NCBI GenBank assembly: GCA_035403225.1
Contig: DAONET010000009.1
Location: 5,962 to 69,961 of the forward strand
DNA: 64,000 nucleotides
Direction of reading: 5' to 3'
From: Bacteroidales bacterium
Lineage (GTDB): Bacteria; Bacteroidota; Bacteroidia; Bacteroidales; FEN-979
The notes beneath the pieces are model-generated. The model was given only the letters and a program-made list of their open reading frames with translations, searched no databases and had not been told where the DNA came from. This document shows, one piece after another, positions 56,461 through 64,000 of the stretch. How positions within the stretch are numbered: position 1 is the first letter of the stretch; each line of letters opens with the position of its first letter. Both the position numbers and the translations under genes were made by a program.

Positions 56461-58242
56461 ATGAATAATAAGAAAGTGTTGAAAAGCGGAGAGTTCCTCG
56501 TTGAGGAGATCAACCCGAATGATATTTTTATTCCTGAAGAGTTCAATGAAGAACAGGTAATGATTGCGCAGACCTGTAGCGATTTCCTGGAAACGGAACT
56601 CTATCCTAACCTTAACCAGATTGATTCGCCCGATATCCAACTGATGAAATCTACCCTGAAGAAAGCGGGAGAACTTGGTCTGATGGGCATTTGTATCCCT
56701 GAAGAATACGGCGGTTTTGGACAGGATTTTATCACTCAGATGCATGTTGCCGAAGTTATTGGCGCAGGTTATTCATTCTCTGTTGCATTTATGGCTCATT
56801 GCGGTATTGGTACTTTACCTATCATGTATTATGGCAATGAAGATCAGCGTCAGCGTTACGTCACCAAGCTGGCCACCGGCGAATACCTCGGCGCCTATTG
56901 CCTTACCGAACCCGGTGCCGGCAGTGATGCCAACTCGGGTAAAACACATGCCACCCTTTCCGAAGACGGGAAACATTATATCCTCAACGGACAGAAGATG
57001 TGGATCACCAATGCTAACCTGGCCGATGTTCAGACCGTTTTCGCCAAGATCGACCACGATCGCGTTCTCAGCGCCTTTATCGTTGAACGGGCATTCCCCG
57101 GTGTAGTAGTCAACCCCGACGAACACAAAATGGGGATCAAAGGTTCTTCCACTGCCCAGATCTTCTACAACGACGTGAAAGTTCCTGTTGAAAACCTTAT
57201 CGGTAAGAGGGGCGAAGGATTCCGGGTTGCCCTGAGTATCCTTCACATGGGCCGTATCAAACTGGGCGCTAACGTTCTCGGCGCTTCGAAAAAAGCTATT
57301 ACCGATTCCGTAAAATATGCCAATGAACGCAAACAGTTCAACACGTTCATTTCTTCCTTCGGAGCCATCCAGTATAAACTTGCCCAGCAGGTTATCCGTA
57401 CCTGGGGACTTGATTCTGCCATCTATAAACTGAGTAAAGATATCGATGATCAGATCAACCGGAATAAAGAATCGGGCATGGATAAAGGCCGCGCCAGCAT
57501 TGAAGGCATCAGCCATTATGCGGTAGAAGCAGCTATTGTTAAAGTCTTCGGATCAGAAGTACTTGATTATGTGATCGATGAAACGGTTCAGATCCACGGC
57601 GGAATGGGTTATTCCGCGGAAGTGGCTGCTGAAAGAGGCTATCGTGATTCCAGGATTAACAGAATCTTTGAAGGCACAAATGAAATCAACCGTTTGCTTG
57701 TTTCCGATACAGCTATGAAACGTGCCATGAAAGGCGAATATGATCTCTTCGGAAAAGCGGAAGCGCTTTACAATGCCGAACAGGTAGCTGAAGTGAAAAC
57801 TGGATCCGAATCTTTTTACGAAGAAAAGATGCGGAATATCCGGAACTTCAAGAAAGCCATCATGCTGCTCATCCACGGCGCCAACAAACGCTATGCAAAG
57901 AACCTGGTGAACGAACAGGAAGTGATGAACAACATCTCCGAAATGATGATGGAAACTTACGTGGCTGAATCCATGGCACTCAGATTTGAGAAAATCAGAA
58001 TGACCAGGGGAGAAGAAGCTACCACCATTCTTCGCGATATCCTGGATGTGTTTGTTTACGATGCTGCTGACTTGATCCGTAAGAACGGATGCGATGGCAT
58101 ATACTCCTTCGGAGAATTCGAAAATTCAGCGAAGGTTATCAGGGCAATCAAGGATTGCACCTGTGTGAATCCCGTAAATGTAAAAGATGCCCGCAGAAGA
58201 ATTGCGGCAAAATTAATTGAAGATAACGCTTACCGGTTCTAA
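56461..58242 (+). CDS. Long-form acyl-CoA dehydrogenase (FadE/VLCAD-like, with a C-terminal extension)
   Basis: It has the ACAD motifs YCLTEPGAGSDA, QIHGGMGY and IFEGTNEI, plus about 180 extra C-terminal residues. Confidence 0.85.
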   Translation: MNNKKVLKSGEFLVEEINPNDIFIPEEFNEEQVMIAQTCSDFLETELYPNLNQIDSPDIQLMKSTLKKAGELGLMGICIPEEYGGFGQDFITQMHVAEVIGAGYSFSVAFMAHCGIGTLPIMYYGNEDQRQRYVTKLATGEYLGAYCLTEPGAGSDANSGKTHATLSEDGKHYILNGQKMWITNANLADVQTVFAKIDHDRVLSAFIVERAFPGVVVNPDEHKMGIKGSSTAQIFYNDVKVPVENLIGKRGEGFRVALSILHMGRIKLGANVLGASKKAITDSVKYANERKQFNTFISSFGAIQYKLAQQVIRTWGLDSAIYKLSKDIDDQINRNKESGMDKGRASIEGISHYAVEAAIVKVFGSEVLDYVIDETVQIHGGMGYSAEVAAERGYRDSRINRIFEGTNEINRLLVSDTAMKRAMKGEYDLFGKAEALYNAEQVAEVKTGSESFYEEKMRNIRNFKKAIMLLIHGANKRYAKNLVNEQEVMNNISEMMMETYVAESMALRFEKIRMTRGEEATTILRDILDVFVYDAADLIRKNGCDGIYSFGEFENSAKVIRAIKDCTCVNPVNVKDARRRIAAKLIEDNAYRF

Positions 58243-60770
58243 TCAGCCGGCTTGGAGATACTGATCGCCATCTCGGACTTCTCTTTATCGAAGTCGATGG
58301 TGATCAGATCTTCCGGAGCGATTTTGGTTTTAATGATCTCTTCAGCCAACAAGTCCTCCACGTATTTCTGAATGGCCCTCTTCAGCGGCCGGGCCCCAAA
58401 CTGGGCATCCCACCCTTTCTCTACAACATAGTCTTTAGCTTCCGGAGTAATCAGGATCTTGTACCCCATCGCTTTAACCCTGTCATATAACTGGGTGAGC
58501 TCGATATCGATGATCTTATGAATGTCGTCACGATCAAGCGCATTGAAGATGACCACATCGTCGATACGGTTCAGAAACTCGGGAGCAAAGGATTTTTTCA
58601 ACGCACTTTCGATGACGCCTCTGGAATAATCTGCCGATTGTGCTGCTTTGGAAGAAGTAGTGAATCCCACGCCTTGTCCGAAATCCTTCAACTGCCGTGA
58701 CCCGATGTTGGAAGTCATGATCACGATGGTATTTTTAAAATCTACCCGGCGTCCGAAACTATCGGTCAGCACGCCGTCATCGAGAACCTGAAGCAGCAGG
58801 TGAAAGACATCGGGATGAGCTTTTTCAATTTCATCAAGCAGCACGATGGAGTAGGGGCGGCGGCGGATTTTTTCCGTCAACTGTCCGCCTTCTTCATATC
58901 CGACATACCCCGGAGGAGCGCCGATGAGACGTGAAACGGCAAATTTTTCCATGTACTCACTCATGTCGATCCTCACCAGGGCATCTTCGCTGTCGAAGAG
59001 ATATTTGGCAAGGATCTTGGCCAGGTGAGTTTTCCCAACTCCGGTCGGACCGAGGAAAATGAACGAGCCGATGGGTTTATTAGGATCTTTGAGTCCTGCC
59101 CGGTTCCGGCGTATGGAACGAACGACTTTCTGAATGGCTTCATCCTGGCCGATAACCGAATGGGCCAGTTCGTCTTCCATATGCAACAAACGATCACCCT
59201 CGTTACGGGCGACACGCTGCACCGGGATGCCGGTCATCATGGCAACCACTTCCGCTACGTTTTCTTCCGAGACCGTCTGCCGGTTTATCCGGGATTCTTC
59301 ATCCCATTTCTTCTTAGCCTTTTCAAGGGAGTCCTGGAGTTTTCTTTCTGTGTCGCGCAGGTCGGCCGCTTCTTCAAATTTCTGACTGTTGATGGCCGTC
59401 ATCTTGGATTTCCGTGCTTCTTCGATCTGTTCTTCAATAGCCACGATATCAGGCGGAACATTGATGTTGGAGATGTGCACCCTGGCGCCGGCTTCGTCCA
59501 TGGCGTCGATGGCTTTGTCGGGAAGGTACCGGTCGGATATATACCGTGTGGTCAGCGATACGCAGGCTTTGATAGCATCGTCGGTATATTGAACCAAGTG
59601 ATGATCTTCGTATTTTTCTTTGATATTATTGAGGATCTCAACGGTCTCCTCCGGGCTGGTAGGATCCACGAGCACTTTCTGGAACCTCCGTTCCAAGGCA
59701 CCATCTTTTTCTATATACTGACGATATTCATCCAGCGTTGTCGCTCCGATGCACTGCAATTCACCTCTTGCCAGGGCCGGTTTGAACATGTTGGAGGCAT
59801 CGAGAGAACCCGAGGCGTTTCCGGCTCCGACGATAGTATGTATCTCATCAATGAAGACGATGATATTCGGATTCTTTTCCAGTTCATTAAGAACCGCTTT
59901 CATTCGTTCTTCAAACTGACCGCGGTATTTGGTTCCGGCAACGAGTGAAGCCAGGTCAAGGCTTACGATCCGTTTGTTAAACAGCGCCCGGGAGACTTTC
60001 CGTTGAACGATCCGCAATGCCAATCCTTCTGCAATAGCTGATTTACCTACGCCTGGTTCCCCGATAAGGATCGGGTTGTTCTTTTTTCTCCGGCTCAGGA
60101 TCTGGGCGATGCGTTCCAACTCTTTCTCGCGCCCGACGATGGGGTCGAGCCTGTTTTCTTCCGCAGCCCGCGTAATGTCACGGCCGAAGTTATCGAGGAC
60201 AGGCGTTTTTGATTTTGATTCGGAAGGACGTTTGGCAGAGGGGCCAAAGCTTTTTCCTCCTTCTTCCTGATCTTCATCCTCATCGTCTTTTGGCAGGATA
60301 TCTTTCGGGTCGAAAGCCGGCAGGTCTTTCCCTTCGGACAGGATAGCGCGGAGTTCTTCTTTCACCGAATCATAGTTGATGGATATCCCTTGTAATGTTT
60401 TGGTGACAATGTTGTTTTCATCTTTCAGAATAGCCAGCAACAAATGTTCCGTACCGATGAGTTCACTTCCGTAGATCTTAGCTTCCAGGTAGGTGATTTT
60501 CAAGGCACGTTCCGCCTGCTTGATCAGTGGCATGTTCTCATTCCCGGCCGGCTTCTCTTTATGGCTCGCTACGGCCAGTTCTATTTTCTTCCGAATATCA
60601 CCCAGGTCTGCTCCCAGGTTTCGAAGGATCTTCACGGCAAGTCCGGTGCCTTCTCTGATGATCCCTAATAATAAATGTTCCAGACCGATATAGTCGTTTC
60701 CCAACCGCTGGGCTTCTTCCCTGCTGAAGATCAACACATCCTTTACCCGCTGAGAAAATTTTGCTTCCAT
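58239..60770 (-). CDS. clpC: ATP-dependent Clp protease ATP-binding subunit, ClpC type
   Basis: It has Clp_N repeats, two AAA+ modules ([22 protein letters not shown]), a UVR-like linker ([13 protein letters not shown]) and a ClpP-docking-like loop (GVGF). Confidence 0.85.
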   Translation of the reverse strand: MEAKFSQRVKDVLIFSREEAQRLGNDYIGLEHLLLGIIREGTGLAVKILRNLGADLGDIRKKIELAVASHKEKPAGNENMPLIKQAERALKITYLEAKIYGSELIGTEHLLLAILKDENNIVTKTLQGISINYDSVKEELRAILSEGKDLPAFDPKDILPKDDEDEDQEEGGKSFGPSAKRPSESKSKTPVLDNFGRDITRAAEENRLDPIVGREKELERIAQILSRRKKNNPILIGEPGVGKSAIAEGLALRIVQRKVSRALFNKRIVSLDLASLVAGTKYRGQFEERMKAVLNELEKNPNIIVFIDEIHTIVGAGNASGSLDASNMFKPALARGELQCIGATTLDEYRQYIEKDGALERRFQKVLVDPTSPEETVEILNNIKEKYEDHHLVQYTDDAIKACVSLTTRYISDRYLPDKAIDAMDEAGARVHISNINVPPDIVAIEEQIEEARKSKMTAINSQKFEEAADLRDTERKLQDSLEKAKKKWDEESRINRQTVSEENVAEVVAMMTGIPVQRVARNEGDRLLHMEDELAHSVIGQDEAIQKVVRSIRRNRAGLKDPNKPIGSFIFLGPTGVGKTHLAKILAKYLFDSEDALVRIDMSEYMEKFAVSRLIGAPPGYVGYEEGGQLTEKIRRRPYSIVLLDEIEKAHPDVFHLLLQVLDDGVLTDSFGRRVDFKNTIVIMTSNIGSRQLKDFGQGVGFTTSSKAAQSADYSRGVIESALKKSFAPEFLNRIDDVVIFNALDRDDIHKIIDIELTQLYDRVKAMGYKILITPEAKDYVVEKGWDAQFGARPLKRAIQKYVEDLLAEEIIKTKIAPEDLITIDFDKEKSEMAISISKPAD

Positions 60771-60839
60771 AGTAATAGGTATATCTGTTTAAACGCCGGT
60801 CAGGTTTTTATTATTGAGTTTACCGGCTATTTCACGTTA

Positions 60840-60847
60840 CAAAGATA
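60840..60847 (-). promoter_or_regulatory. Candidate -7 box (TATCTTTG on the minus strand) for clpC
   Basis: The plus strand reads CAAAGATA, 69 nt upstream of the clpC ATG. Confidence 0.4.
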
Positions 60848-61088
60848 AGGTCAGCAAAAATCAATCCAACCGGATTTTCCCTGTAATTATGACCAATTTT
60901 GTAAAAATACGGACGAAATGTCAGTCCCTGGTTCACACGACTGATTTTTATTAACAGTGTATTGTTAGAAAGCCATGAAAATCGCCCTAAAAATATCATG
61001 GTTTTCTGATGGAATTTTTGTAATTTCGTATTATTGTTTTACTACACATAACTATTTGTGATCCAATAAATTAATTTAGATATCCAAC

Positions 61089-63659
61089 ATGGAAAACGGA
61101 GAAAAGATCGTTCAGGTTAATATTGAAAATCAGATGAAGACGGCCTACATTGACTATTCAATGTCGGTGATCGTCTCCAGGGCATTACCTGACGTCAGGG
61201 ATGGACTGAAACCGGTTCACCGGAGAGTACTATTCGGGATGTCAGAATTGGGTGTTTATTCGAACAGACCGTACAAAAAATCAGCAAGAATCGTAGGGGA
61301 GGTCCTCGGGAAGTACCATCCGCATGGTGACAGCTCTGTATACGATGCCATGGTTCGATTGGCCCAGGACTGGAGTCTCCGGTACCCGCTGGTTGACGGG
61401 CAGGGAAACTTTGGTTCAATGGACGGCGATAGTGCAGCTGCCATGCGATATACCGAAGCGCGTTTGCAGAAGATCGCTGAGGAAATGTTAGTTGATATTG
61501 AAAAGAATACCGTTGATTTCACGTTGAATTTTGACGATTCTCTGGAGGAACCTCTTGTACTTCCTTCTGCTTTCCCGAATCTTATCGTGAACGGCGCTTC
61601 CGGCATCGCGGTCGGGATGGCTACCAATATGGCTCCTCATAACCTTACGGAAGTAATTGACGGCATCGTTGCCTATATCGATAATCGTGACATCACGGTT
61701 GAAGAGTTAATGCAATATATCAAGGGACCCGATTTCCCTACCGGCGGAGTCATTTACGGAATTGACGGAATAAAGGAAGCTTATACTACCGGCCGTGGCC
61801 GTATCGTGATGCGTGGTGAAACCAAGATAGAAACGGAAGACAACGGAAGAGAACTCATTGTTGTCAACTCGATCCCGTACCAGGTGAATAAATCGGAAAT
61901 GGTTAAAAAGACCGCCGAGCTGGTCAACGAGAAAAAGATCGAAGGAATCTCTGATATCAGGGATGAATCTGATCGCAACGGGGTCCGTATTGTCTACGAA
62001 CTGAAAAAAGATGCACTGACTTCGGTGGTGATCAACAAGTTGTACCAACTGACACCTCTTCAGAGCGCTTTCAGTATCAATAACATTGCCTTGGTCAAGG
62101 GTCGTCCGGTGACGTTGGGGATGAAAGAACTCATCGAACACTATGTGGAACATCGTCACGAAGTGATCGTCCGTCGTACCAGGTTTGACCTTGCTGAAGC
62201 GGAAAAGCGTGCGCATATCCTTCAGGGACTGCTCATTGCACTGGATCATCTGGATGAAGTGATCGCGCTGATCAGGGCTTCCCGTACTCCCGATGATGCT
62301 AAGGCAGGACTCATGTCGACATTCGGACTTACTGAAATCCAATCAAAAGCCATCCTTGATATGAGGCTCCAGCGTCTTACCGGCCTGGAAAGGGATAAGA
62401 TCCGTGAAGAATACGAAGAGCTTCTGAAGTTGATCGAACATCTGAAAGAAATTCTTGCCGACATTAATCTTCAGATGGGGCTTATTATAGATGAACTGAA
62501 GATTGTGAAAGAAAAATTCGGAGATGAAAGACGTTCTCAGATCGTCCCGGCATCTGCCGATTTTAGGATTGAAGATGTGATTGCTGATGACAATGTTGTG
62601 ATCACGATCTCGCACCTGGGCTATGTGAAGAGAACGCTGCTGAGCGAATATCGTCGCCAGAACAGGGGAGGGAAAGGATTCAAAGGATCCGATATCCGCG
62701 ATGATGACTTCCTTGAGTACCTGTTTGTTGCCACCAACCATAATTACCTTTTGTTGTTCACGGAAAAGGGCAAATGCTTCTGGCTCAGAGTTTTCGAAAT
62801 TCCGGAAGGAACCCGCGCATCGAAAGGCCGTGCCATCCAGAACCTGCTTAATTTAGAAAGTGACGATAAAGTGCGAGCCTTCATCAATGTGAAAGACCTG
62901 AAAGACGAGGATTACATCAACAATAACTATATCATTCTTGCAACGAAACGGGGAACAATTAAAAAGACATCGCTTGAAGCATATTCCCGCCCGCGTCAGA
63001 ATGGTATTAATGCAATCAATATCAACGAAGGCGATCAATTGTTGGAAGCCCGTCTGACACAGGGTGAAGATGAGGTAATGATGGCGCTGAAGTCGGGCAG
63101 GGCAATCCGGTTCAACGAGAAGACTGTACGCCCGATGGGTAGAAATGCATCGGGTGTAAGAGGGATTACCCTTACATCGGGTACGGATGAAGTGATTGGT
63201 ATGGTTTGCATCCCCAAGGATAAACAGTGTGAGATCATGGTTGTTTCCGAAAATGGTTACGGAAAGCGTTCATCTATTGATGAATACCGTGTCACTAACC
63301 GAGGTGGAAAAGGAGTGAAGACCATCAACATCACCGAAAAAACCGGCATGCTTATTGCTATAAAGGTGGTCACGGACACCGACGACCTGATGATCATCAA
63401 CAAATCGGGTATCATTATCCGGATGGCGGTCACTGATCTCAGGGTTGTCGGGCGTGCAACACAAGGGGTACGGCTCATCAGAATCAATGAAAATGATGCG
63501 ATTGCTGCTGTCACTAAAGTAGAAATGGATGTCACTGAAAACGGTGAAGGTGATGAAAATGGAATGGACGAGAATCCGGATACTGATTATGAACTACCTG
63601 AAAATGGAGAAGATGATCAGGTAAATCCTGAGCCAGACAATATTTCTGAAGAAAATTAA
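61089..63659 (+). CDS. gyrA: DNA gyrase subunit A
   Basis: It has the active-site tyrosine context [10 protein letters not shown] and the QRDR sequence [11 protein letters not shown], with Ser/Asp at the positions equivalent to E. coli 83/87. It also has C-terminal beta-pinwheel repeats and an acidic tail. Confidence 0.95.
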   Translation: MENGEKIVQVNIENQMKTAYIDYSMSVIVSRALPDVRDGLKPVHRRVLFGMSELGVYSNRPYKKSARIVGEVLGKYHPHGDSSVYDAMVRLAQDWSLRYPLVDGQGNFGSMDGDSAAAMRYTEARLQKIAEEMLVDIEKNTVDFTLNFDDSLEEPLVLPSAFPNLIVNGASGIAVGMATNMAPHNLTEVIDGIVAYIDNRDITVEELMQYIKGPDFPTGGVIYGIDGIKEAYTTGRGRIVMRGETKIETEDNGRELIVVNSIPYQVNKSEMVKKTAELVNEKKIEGISDIRDESDRNGVRIVYELKKDALTSVVINKLYQLTPLQSAFSINNIALVKGRPVTLGMKELIEHYVEHRHEVIVRRTRFDLAEAEKRAHILQGLLIALDHLDEVIALIRASRTPDDAKAGLMSTFGLTEIQSKAILDMRLQRLTGLERDKIREEYEELLKLIEHLKEILADINLQMGLIIDELKIVKEKFGDERRSQIVPASADFRIEDVIADDNVVITISHLGYVKRTLLSEYRRQNRGGKGFKGSDIRDDDFLEYLFVATNHNYLLLFTEKGKCFWLRVFEIPEGTRASKGRAIQNLLNLESDDKVRAFINVKDLKDEDYINNNYIILATKRGTIKKTSLEAYSRPRQNGINAININEGDQLLEARLTQGEDEVMMALKSGRAIRFNEKTVRPMGRNASGVRGITLTSGTDEVIGMVCIPKDKQCEIMVVSENGYGKRSSIDEYRVTNRGGKGVKTINITEKTGMLIAIKVVTDTDDLMIINKSGIIIRMAVTDLRVVGRATQGVRLIRINENDAIAAVTKVEMDVTENGEGDENGMDENPDTDYELPENGEDDQVNPEPDNISEEN

Positions 63660-63662
63660 TTA

Positions 63663-63670
63663 TAACTTTG
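63663..63670 (+). promoter_or_regulatory. Candidate -7 box (TAACTTTG) for the downstream TPR-like gene
   Basis: It fits TAnnTTTG and lies 41 nt upstream of the ATG at 63712. Confidence 0.4.
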
Positions 63671-63711
63671 CATCCGGTCAAAAGAAAGCACACCTAACAA
63701 TCAATAGAACA

Positions 63712-64000
63712 ATGAAAAGAATCGCATTGATGTTGGTAATGGTTATGGCCGTTACCGCTGCAATCGGACAAAAAAACGTCCGTCAAACTGCTTCTAATTA
63801 TCTTAGGAGCAATAAACTAGATAAGGCTATGGAAGCTATTAACCAGTGTATTAATGATGCAACAACGTCATCAGACCCCAAGACCTGGTTACTCCGTGGA
63901 AATATCTACATGGAGATAGCAAATACCACGAACGATGCATATAAGGCATTGGAAGCAAACCCGTTACAAGTTGCTCTCGAGTCCTATAAAAAAGCTATGG
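63712..64000 (+). CDS. Secreted TPR-like repeat protein, 3'-truncated by the window edge
   Basis: My translation reads MKRIALMLVMVMAVTAAIGQKNVRQTASNYL...WLLRGNIYMEIANT and stays open to the window end. It is absent from the ORF track because no stop codon is reached. Confidence 0.5.
   Translation, partial: MKRIALMLVMVMAVTAAIGQKNVRQTASNYLRSNKLDKAMEAINQCINDATTSSDPKTWLLRGNIYMEIANTTNDAYKALEANPLQVALESYKKAM

Noticed and set aside
59025-59948. A 307-aa ORF antisense to clpC. Similar long antisense ORFs lie at 3958-4725 (255 aa), 36909-37595 (228 aa), 56815-57516 (233 aa), 61707-62342 (211 aa) and 50895-51482 (195 aa).
   Set aside because: Each lies entirely inside a gene with unambiguous conserved motifs on the other strand. 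Their translations are low-complexity or Arg/Gly/His-rich with no recognisable motifs. This is typical of stop-codon-poor antisense frames in genes with biased codon usage.
63540-63659. The acidic C-terminal tail of GyrA, and similar acidic stretches in ClpC and the four-helix-bundle protein, considered as unusual features.
   Set aside because: An acidic GyrA tail is a known feature in other bacteria, for example E. coli. The other stretches are short linkers or termini without a repeat structure.
1-64000. A search for CRISPR arrays, tRNA/rRNA genes, transposases, integrases, toxin-antitoxin pairs and restriction-modification or other defence modules.
   Set aside because: None was found. All gaps over 100 bp are AT-rich promoter or terminator regions without tRNA-like or repeat-spacer structure. 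Every sizeable ORF has a housekeeping or secreted-hydrolase assignment.

Overview
The window is a densely packed, roughly 90% coding housekeeping segment of a Bacteroidota-type chromosome, with about 49 CDS. The phylum call rests on four points. Four proteins carry Por/T9SS C-terminal sorting domains. The bamD-rpoZ-coaBC-DUF4835(porD)-recN block is present. Many gene starts have TAnnTTTG -7 promoter boxes and lack Shine-Dalgarno sequences. The glycogen synthase is the eukaryote-like GT3 type.

Content from left to right:
- a glycogen cluster: GT4-type transferase, GH57 protein with a histone-H1-like Lys/Ala/Pro tail, and a 1417-aa GT3 glycogen synthase fused to a GT35 alpha-glucan phosphorylase
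- fabG, a VWA membrane protein and an M48 peptidase
- an ABC-2 exporter pair
- the dnaA operon: dnaA, LMW-PTP, serine-racemase/threonine-dehydratase-like PLP enzyme, TP-methylase
- yigZ, prmC, a DUF3298 protein and yggS
- an LTA-synthase/sulfatase-family membrane enzyme
- a duplicated GEVED-type T9SS cargo protein
- serC-serA-(four-helix-bundle gene)-DUF1015
- a LuxC-like acyl-CoA reductase, L31 type B, a GlmU-like nucleotidyltransferase and lon
- two tandem M1 peptidases, both T9SS cargo
- a family-5 substrate-binding lipoprotein, an MBL hydrolase, dapA and an M14 carboxypeptidase (T9SS cargo)
- an alpha-oxoamine synthase plus a membrane protein
- bamD-rpoZ-coaBC-porD-recN
- fabI
- etfB-etfA-membrane FeS oxidoreductase-long acyl-CoA dehydrogenase
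- clpC, gyrA and the start of a TPR-like protein

I found no rRNA, tRNA, CRISPR array, transposase, integrase or recognisable defence island. I see no convincing multi-gene novel system, so this reads as an ordinary core region. The items most worth follow-up are the polycationic tail on a GH57 protein that may lack its acid/base residue, the synthase-phosphorylase fusion, the etfBA-EtfD-like-ACAD module, an Avd-like four-helix-bundle gene inserted in the serine operon, candidate leaderless promoters, and an AT-rich dnaA upstream region with a repeated 11-bp palindrome. All functional calls come from motif recognition by eye. No database search was run.
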